Program-made: the position numbers and the translations under genes
Notes under the pieces: model-generated
Seen by the model: the letters and a program-made list of their open reading frames with translations, nothing else
Told to the model about the DNA's origin: nothing
The model's database searches: none
Shown here: in pieces, positions 58,256 through 64,000 of the stretch
How positions within the stretch are numbered: the stretch's first letter is position 1
How the letters are laid out: every line of letters begins with the position of its first letter
Source of the DNA: Peptococcaceae bacterium UBA7702
Lineage (GTDB): Bacteria > Bacillota > Dehalobacteriia > UBA7702
Length of the DNA: 64,000 nt
Assembly: GCA_002482535.1 (NCBI GenBank)
Contig: DLGE01000007.1
Span: 129,325-193,324 of the forward strand
Direction of reading: 5' to 3'

Positions 58256-59720
58256 GTCTTTCTTCCTCCCCTCCCTGCCAAAGGGACGCGGCGACGGTTT
58301 CGAAATCCCTCTGTTCATAGTCGGCGCTGAGCCGCTGGCGATCCAGGAGCAGAATGCGGTCGGCATAAGCCAACACCGCTCCCGGATCGTGGCTGACGAG
58401 GATCACGGTGCCGCCGTCGGCGCGGAAGTCCGCCAGCAGATCCATGACCAGACGGCAGTCTTCCTCTTGAAGACCGGCGGTGGGTTCGTCGGCGATGATG
58501 ATTTCCGGATCGTGGATTAGCGCCGAGGCCGCCGCCAACTTTTGGCGCTGACCCCGGCTTAAACACTGGGGATGACAGTCCCCGTAGGCGGCAAGACCCA
58601 CCTTCTTTAAGATTTTTTCGACCTTCGCGGTTTTTTCCGCTTCTTTGAGAGGCAAATTCTTTAAGGCAAAAGCGGCTTCCTTTTTCACCGTATCGGCAAA
58701 AATCTGCAAGTCGGGGTTTTGAAAGAGAAAACCGATTTTGGCCCTCAAAGCAAAGGCCGATTTTTTCGTCATGGCTTTGCCGAAGACCTCGATTTTCCCC
58801 CGGGTCGGCAAGAGCAGCCCCTCCATGAGCTTGAGCAGGGTGGTTTTGCCGCTGCCGTTGACCCCCATGATGGCCAAAAATTCGCCGCGGCGCACCTGAA
58901 AGGTGATTTCCTCACAGCCTAAGATACCGCCTCGATAGACATAAGAGACATTTTCCAGGGAAAGCACGGTTTCTGCTGTTTTAACCGCCGGCCTCCGCGC
59001 CGGCAGAGGCAGGGGCGGCGACGGGTAATCCCTGCCCCGGTAAACCTTTTTGAGCGTCCCCTTCTCCAGCACCAGGACACGGTCGGCAAAATCAGCCAGG
59101 TTAAGACCGTGATCCGCCGCGACAATCACGGTAACGCCCTTTTCCCGATGGATTTTGCGAATCAGCGCGTACAGCTTCAGCTTACCCTGGCGGTCGAGCT
59201 CCGCCCCGGGCTGGTCAAGGACGAGAACCGGCGTAGAGAGCGCCAAAACCCCGGCAAAGACGAGACGTTGGGCCTGTCCCCCGGAAAGACTCGTCGTCTT
59301 TCTATTTTCCAAACCCTGCAAACCGGCAAAGGAAAGCGCCTCCTTACTGCGGGAAGCGATCTCCTCCCGGGAATAACCCAAATTGGCCAAACCAAAGGCC
59401 ACCTCCGCTTCGACAGTGACGCTGACGATCTGATTTTGCGGTTCCTGAAACATATAGCCAAGGTATTGACAGATTGCCGCCAGGGGCAGCTCCATGATGT
59501 CTTTCCCCATCAGAGTGACGCTGCCGTCCAACAAGCCGCCCTCATATTTCATCGCCGCGCCGGTGAGGGTATGCAGCAAGAGGCTCTTGCCGGCCCCCGA
59601 CGCGCCGGTCACAGCGATAAACTCGCCCTTTTTTACGGTCAGGGCGATGTTTTTGAGGGCCGCTCCGGCCTGATCGGGAAAAGTAAGTGATTTGATGTTA
59701 ATTTGCAGTGCCGTATCCAT
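58218..59720 (-). CDS. ECF-transporter ATPase with duplicated ABC domains (EcfA-EcfA' fusion, YkoD-like)
   Basis: Two Walker A motifs (GASGAGKS and GVNGSGKTT) and two signature motifs (LSGGQAQR and LSRGQRQK), 500 aa. Confidence 0.85.
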   Translation of the reverse strand: MDTALQINIKSLTFPDQAGAALKNIALTVKKGEFIAVTGASGAGKSLLLHTLTGAAMKYEGGLLDGSVTLMGKDIMELPLAAICQYLGYMFQEPQNQIVSVTVEAEVAFGLANLGYSREEIASRSKEALSFAGLQGLENRKTTSLSGGQAQRLVFAGVLALSTPVLVLDQPGAELDRQGKLKLYALIRKIHREKGVTVIVAADHGLNLADFADRVLVLEKGTLKKVYRGRDYPSPPLPLPARRPAVKTAETVLSLENVSYVYRGGILGCEEITFQVRRGEFLAIMGVNGSGKTTLLKLMEGLLLPTRGKIEVFGKAMTKKSAFALRAKIGFLFQNPDLQIFADTVKKEAAFALKNLPLKEAEKTAKVEKILKKVGLAAYGDCHPQCLSRGQRQKLAAASALIHDPEIIIADEPTAGLQEEDCRLVMDLLADFRADGGTVILVSHDPGAVLAYADRILLLDRQRLSADYEQRDFETVAASLWQGGEEERHEHEDEHEEKAV

Positions 59721-59734
59721 AAAACCCCCGTATA

Positions 59735-59960
59735 AAATAAAAAAAGTTCCAGCAGATCGGTGATACCGATCAACTGAAACTTTACCGTTGTTCCACGTGA
59801 ACTCTTTTTATGGCAGGTCTTCTGACTCACAGTTTTACCCGATGGCCGCGCCTTCCCGGCTGCCCGGTGGCAAAATGCGGTTCTCAACAACTGTATACAG
59901 CGGTGGGTCCGTTCAGGTTTCGCACCTGATTCCCTATTCTCCCCCTTGGGGCACCATAAA
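59735..59960 (-). promoter_or_regulatory. cobalamin (B12) riboswitch with terminator-type expression platform, 5' of the ECF–UbiD–HyuAB operon
   Basis: Minus-strand sequence reads GGTGCC…AGGGAA-TCAGGTGCGAAACCTGAACGG-ACCCACCGCTGTA (B12-box-like) …GCCACCGGGCAGCCGGGAAGGCGCGGCC… GAGTCAGAAGACCTGCC. All hallmark blocks are in canonical order. It is followed by the GATCGGTATCACCGATC hairpin, a U-run (TTTTTTATTTT) and the EcfA start. Confidence 0.7.
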
Positions 59961-60027
59961 AATCATATATAACTGCGGTCATTATACAAAATAACAACAA
60001 TCCTGTCAAGGGAAAATCTTTGGCTTT

Positions 60028-60372
60028 TCAGGATTCTGACCAGTTTTCCCGATCCGCCAAAATCATATCCCGGCGCACGGTAAAAGGCAGCCCCGTCAAT
60101 CCGGGACAGAAAGAAAGCAACTGCTCTGCATCGGCAATCAGCGCTTCCTTCTTTTTCCGGCTCAGCTTTTTTATGGCATACTCCCCTTTGGCGGCGTTGG
60201 CCAAAGTATCGGTCTGCCAAAGGGCCAAAAGGGCTTTTATGGGGTGGGCCCGGGTATATTTGGCGCAAGCCTTTCCTTTTTCCCGGTGCTCTCTTAGCCT
60301 TACTTCGATATCCTTGGCGATTCCCGTATAGTATGTCCCGTCTTGACAGACGATGATATATAAAAATGCCAT
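60028..60372 (-). CDS. GIY-YIG nuclease-domain protein (114 aa)
   Basis: MAFLYIIVCQDGTYYTGIAKDIEVRLREHRE… has the GIY…YYG motifs and the conserved R and E. Confidence 0.75.
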   Translation of the reverse strand: MAFLYIIVCQDGTYYTGIAKDIEVRLREHREKGKACAKYTRAHPIKALLALWQTDTLANAAKGEYAIKKLSRKKKEALIADAEQLLSFCPGLTGLPFTVRRDMILADRENWSES

Positions 60373-60486
60373 GGCTTTGCCTCGCTTTCGTCTTTATATT
60401 ATACCAAAATAATAGGATATTTTGTATTGAAAAAGATGCTGTTCTCCGTTATACTGTAACAGGAAGAACAGCAAAGGAGAAGAACC

Positions 60487-61218
60487 ATGCCCGATCATCT
60501 CGCCAGTTTTCAACTGGATTTCCTGACGCCGGATCTTTTCCAGAAGATCGTCAAAAAAGCTGTGGCCGAGGGAAGCCGCGTCAGGGGCAACCACGGCAAC
60601 TATATCAATTTTCATATGGGCGATATCCTGCTCATTGTCCGCACCGCTTACGACCCGGAAAAAGGTCTTGATTACATCACGGGATTTGATTCCCATATCA
60701 AGGGCTGCTGCGTCTGGGACTGCGTGATAGAGCGGGAAGAAGAAAACGAAGATCCCACAGTTAAGACTGTTTTCATCAAAAGCAACGGCAAGGAGCTGCC
60801 TTTACCCCTAATCAACGGCGATATCCTCCCCGCTTACAGCAAGGGTGAAAGCTTTCCGGCGCAAATCGCGGCCTATCCCGAGGAAATTTCCTTTCAGCGG
60901 GAAGATACCGGCGGCGCCATTGTGGCAAAGGACGGTCAGACCGTGTCGATCTGCGGCAAAGCTTTGGGGTTTCGAGAGGGCCAAACCGTCTATATGGGCG
61001 GTGTGATGACGCGCTTTCTCATCTGCCTCCTAAAGACGGATCACGGCGAAATCGAGTTGGCCTTCCCCGGAAACCTTGTCGATGAAAAAGAGGAGGAGGA
61101 GAACCTGCTCTGCCCCGGTTCCTACGTCCGCTGTCAAGGAACGCTGACGGGAAACCCGGCCATCTACGTAAGGGAAAAAGGCATCCCCGGAAAAGAAAGA
61201 GAAGAAATAAAAAAATGA
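60487..61218 (+). CDS. hypothetical protein (243 aa)
   Basis: RBS AAAGGAGAAG. No recognised domain. Confidence 0.45.
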   Translation: MPDHLASFQLDFLTPDLFQKIVKKAVAEGSRVRGNHGNYINFHMGDILLIVRTAYDPEKGLDYITGFDSHIKGCCVWDCVIEREEENEDPTVKTVFIKSNGKELPLPLINGDILPAYSKGESFPAQIAAYPEEISFQREDTGGAIVAKDGQTVSICGKALGFREGQTVYMGGVMTRFLICLLKTDHGEIELAFPGNLVDEKEEEENLLCPGSYVRCQGTLTGNPAIYVREKGIPGKEREEIKK

Positions 61219-61394
61219 AACGAAAATCAAAATGCGACGACTGCACGAACTATCTGTTAGACGATGAGACCGATTACTATACCTGCCTCGTCGATTTCGA
61301 CCAAGACGAAATGGAGCATTTCCTCACCTTTACCGACGACGACTGCCCCTACTACCGTTTTGAAGACGACCACTTTCTGGCCAAGAAACAATGA
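61215..61394 (+). CDS. small Cys-rich acidic protein (59 aa), translationally coupled to the 243-aa hypothetical
   Basis: MKRKSKCDDCTNYLLDDETDYYTCLVDFDQDEMEHFLTFTDDDCPYYRFEDDHFLAKKQ. ATGA overlap with the upstream stop. Four Cys, in a zinc-ribbon-like arrangement. Confidence 0.4.
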   Translation: MKRKSKCDDCTNYLLDDETDYYTCLVDFDQDEMEHFLTFTDDDCPYYRFEDDHFLAKKQ

Positions 61395-61530
61395 CCGCAT
61401 GAAGGGGGGCTGTTCCAAAAAAACGTCTCCTCCATACGTCAATAAGCCCCGATATGACCTGGGGTTGATGGATACACTGAAAACACTGCGACGATCCGCC
61501 GCAGTGTTTATTACGTTATCATCAGCTCAT

Positions 61531-62184
61531 TCAGCTTTTTGCCGTCAGTTTAAAAACATCGGCGGCTCTCCCCAAAACAAGCATATGATCACCGCTTTGG
61601 AAGGCGTAATCAGCGCCGGGCAGGGGCTTAAGATCGTTTTTCTGTTTGACGGCGACAATATTGAGCTTGTATTTCCTGCGAATATTCAACTCTCCCACGG
61701 TCTGTCCGGCCCATTGGGGTAAAATCGGGATCTCATAAAGGGAATAGTCTTTGGTCAGTTCAATATAGTCGAAAATATTTCTGGAATTACAACGCACCGC
61801 CAACTTTTCCGCCATCTCCCGTTCGGGATATACCACTTCATCGGCGCCGATTTTTCTCAGCAAATCGGCCTGTATATCGCGCTTTGCTTTGGATATAACA
61901 TGCTTTGCGCCGTATTCCTTTAAAAGCGAAGTGACAACGAGAGAAGACTGAAAGTCGTCGCCGATGGCGACAAAGCAAATATCAAAATTTTCCACGCCCA
62001 GGGATTCCACAACCGTGGCGTTGGTACAATCGCCGATTTCCGCGTCGGCGAAAGAAGAAAGATACTGCTGAATCACGTGTTTATCCTTATCGATCACCAT
62101 TACGTCGTTGCCCAGAGCTTTCATTTTATGGGCCAGGTGCCGCCCAAACCTGCTCATGCCGATCACCAATACCGATTTCATCAT
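61531..62184 (-). CDS. ktrA: TrkA/KtrA-family K+ uptake regulatory subunit (NAD-binding)
   Basis: MMKSVLVIGMSRFGRHLAHKMKALGNDVMVIDKD… with a Rossmann GxGxxG motif and RCK_C domain. Confidence 0.85.
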   Translation of the reverse strand: MMKSVLVIGMSRFGRHLAHKMKALGNDVMVIDKDKHVIQQYLSSFADAEIGDCTNATVVESLGVENFDICFVAIGDDFQSSLVVTSLLKEYGAKHVISKAKRDIQADLLRKIGADEVVYPEREMAEKLAVRCNSRNIFDYIELTKDYSLYEIPILPQWAGQTVGELNIRRKYKLNIVAVKQKNDLKPLPGADYAFQSGDHMLVLGRAADVFKLTAKS

Positions 62185-62191
62185 TTCCTCC

Positions 62192-63532
62192 TTAACCGAT
62201 CAATATCCGTTCCACAGGACGTTCGACCGGTACTTTTTTATTCTTTTCCAGTAAAACAAGAAACAGAGTCAAACCGCCGATACGGCCGAAAAACATCAAC
62301 AGAGATAAAATGATTTTTGACGCCGCCGTCAAAGACGGCGTAATTCCAAAAGAAAGGCCTACGGTGCCGACGGCGGAAACGACGTCAAACAAAATGGCTT
62401 CCAAATCAAAAGGTTCGATGATGCAAATCACCGCCGTCGCAAGTATCACCGCGGCAAAGTAAATGGTCACAATGGAAGTGGCCTGACGCACCATGACATT
62501 ATCCAAACGTTTCTTAAAAACAGTGATTGTGTCACTGTTTCTGGCCGAAGCAATGGCGCAGATCAAAACCACAAAGATGGTGGTGGTTTTAATACCCCCG
62601 GCGGTAGACCCGGGACTGCCGCCAACAAACATATAAAACAAGGTCAAAATATAACCCGTATCGCTAAGGCTGGCCTGATCGACGGAATTGAACCCTGCCG
62701 TGCGCGGCGATACCGACTGAAAGAGCGCCGCCACCGCCTTATCAACACCGTTCAGATTGGCGAATACGCCCTGGCTTTCACTGAAATAAAACGCCCCCCA
62801 GCCAAAGCAAATCAAAAAGGCCGTCACCGAAAGGACAATTTTACTGTGGAGGGAAAAACGCTGGAAATGAAATTTGTTTTTCGCCAAATCCGTCCACACA
62901 AGAAAACCGAGACCGCCGATGATAATCAGAGAAATCAAGGTCAAGCAGACCACGGCATCGCCGGTGTAGTCCGTAAAGGAAGAGAATTCCCGGTATTTGC
63001 CCATCAGATCAAAACCGGCATTGCAAAAAGCCGAAACGGAATGAAAAATCCCGTAGTAAATCCCCTGTCCAAGTCCCATTTGGGGAACAAACCGCAGCGA
63101 TAAAATCACAGCGCCCAGGAATTCGCAGCAAAACGTCCCGATCAAAATCCGTTTCAACAGGGCAACAATGCCGTTATATTGCATGCTGCGAAAGGACTCC
63201 ATCAATAACCGGCGTTCATGAAAACTGACGTTCTTTCTGGCAAAAATCGTAAACATGGAAATCATGGTCATAAAGCCAAGTCCGCCGATTTGAATCAGCA
63301 ATAGAATAACAATCTGTCCGAAAAGCGACCAATACGTATAAGTGTCGCCGATAATGAGACCGGTCACACAAGTGGCACTGGTGGCGGTAAAAAATGCGTT
63401 GACCAGCGCTGTCCAATCCCCGCTTTTGGACGCCACCGGTAAAGTCAACAGCAACGTGCCGCAGCAAATAACAATCAAAAAACCCATGGCGATGCTGCGC
63501 GCATACGTCATCCGGTATCGTTTCGCTGCCAT
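62192..63532 (-). CDS. ktrB: TrkH/KtrB-family K+ transporter membrane subunit
   Basis: 446-aa polytopic protein with repeated M-P-M pore segments (…GGSPGSTAGG…). Confidence 0.85.
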   Translation of the reverse strand: MAAKRYRMTYARSIAMGFLIVICCGTLLLTLPVASKSGDWTALVNAFFTATSATCVTGLIIGDTYTYWSLFGQIVILLLIQIGGLGFMTMISMFTIFARKNVSFHERRLLMESFRSMQYNGIVALLKRILIGTFCCEFLGAVILSLRFVPQMGLGQGIYYGIFHSVSAFCNAGFDLMGKYREFSSFTDYTGDAVVCLTLISLIIIGGLGFLVWTDLAKNKFHFQRFSLHSKIVLSVTAFLICFGWGAFYFSESQGVFANLNGVDKAVAALFQSVSPRTAGFNSVDQASLSDTGYILTLFYMFVGGSPGSTAGGIKTTTIFVVLICAIASARNSDTITVFKKRLDNVMVRQATSIVTIYFAAVILATAVICIIEPFDLEAILFDVVSAVGTVGLSFGITPSLTAASKIILSLLMFFGRIGGLTLFLVLLEKNKKVPVERPVERILIG

Positions 63533-63717
63533 AAAAACACCTCTGATCCGTTAAAATCAAGCTGTCATTCAATGATATAGCTTATTCTATACCTTAAAAT
63601 AAAAAAAGCAACCTTTTTTTACGATTCCACTTTATCCCATATAGGCAAAAGTGATACGCTTTTTACAGACATACTGTTCCTGTTCTCCCTAAAAGGGTTT
63701 CTTCTCTCCTTGGCATA

Positions 63718-64000
63718 TTACGCTGAAATAACGTCCTTGCACAGTTTTCGCGCCAGATAGACGAAGGGCGTATCAAGGAGGGTGGTAAAAATATAGATCA
63801 GATACGTTGAGGAAATGATCGAAATCAAGGTTTGCAGGTCATATGTTCCCCAAAAGGCGGCCAAATTAAATAAAATAGAATTCATCAGCTGGGAAATCAG
63901 GGTCGCCACATTGTTTCTGAGCCATAAAAACCCCTTTTTGCTGTTGCTGAAACGCTCCGTAAGGGACCAAATCACGTGGTAAAGCTGGACGTCCAAAAGC
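63718..64000 (-). CDS. queuosine-precursor transporter (YhhQ/DUF165 family), C-terminal part; N-terminus beyond window end
   Basis: …LYHVIWSLTERFSNSKKGFLWLRNNVATLISQLMNSILFNLAAFWGTYD… is YhhQ-like. Confidence 0.6.
   Translation of the reverse strand, partial: LLDVQLYHVIWSLTERFSNSKKGFLWLRNNVATLISQLMNSILFNLAAFWGTYDLQTLISIISSTYLIYIFTTLLDTPFVYLARKLCKDVISA

Noticed and set aside
1-64000. pylT / pylS / pylBCD, tRNAs, rRNAs, CRISPR arrays
   Set aside because: Intergenic regions were scanned by eye for a tRNA-CUA anticodon loop (CTCTAAA), cloverleaf-like ends and regularly spaced direct repeats. None was found. The only RNA gene recognised is tmRNA.

Overview
Firmicutes-like (Clostridia-type) chromosomal window with about 50% GC. 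Gene calls rest on RBS-coupled starts and recognisable protein families.

The dominant theme is methylotrophic quaternary-amine / methylamine metabolism:
- Four MttB-superfamily methyltransferase genes. One (28817-30289, minus strand) carries an in-frame TAG exactly where pyrrolysine sits in true trimethylamine methyltransferases.
- Three MtaA/URO-D-like methyltransferase domains, two of them fused in a single 689-aa protein.
- Two tandem EutH permeases, an MFS permease, two paralogous 10-TM permeases and several dedicated regulators (LuxR, AraC, 2x MerR, PucR, XRE, ArsR).
- No corrinoid-protein gene is visible in the window.

Other content:
- A tmRNA (ssrA) at 10763-11111, followed by a degraded prophage lysis remnant (holin) and an IS3-family (IS150-like) element whose orfB is broken by a homopolymer +1.
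- An aroF-tyrA-pheA operon preceded by a Phe/Tyr-rich 34-codon leader ORF plus terminator, which is a candidate attenuator.
- aroQ, nadE, a U32 peptidase-like gene, Fe-ADH, DegV, AzlCD and KtrAB.
- A cobalamin riboswitch (minus strand, ~59735-59960) heading one long operon: duplicated-ATPase ECF transporter (A-A, T, S) -> UbiD-family decarboxylase -> hydantoinase A -> hydantoinase B -> DUF2284 metal-binding fusion protein. I am not aware of a described gene association like this, and I rate it the most interesting candidate system in the window.

No rRNA, tRNA or CRISPR array was recognised.
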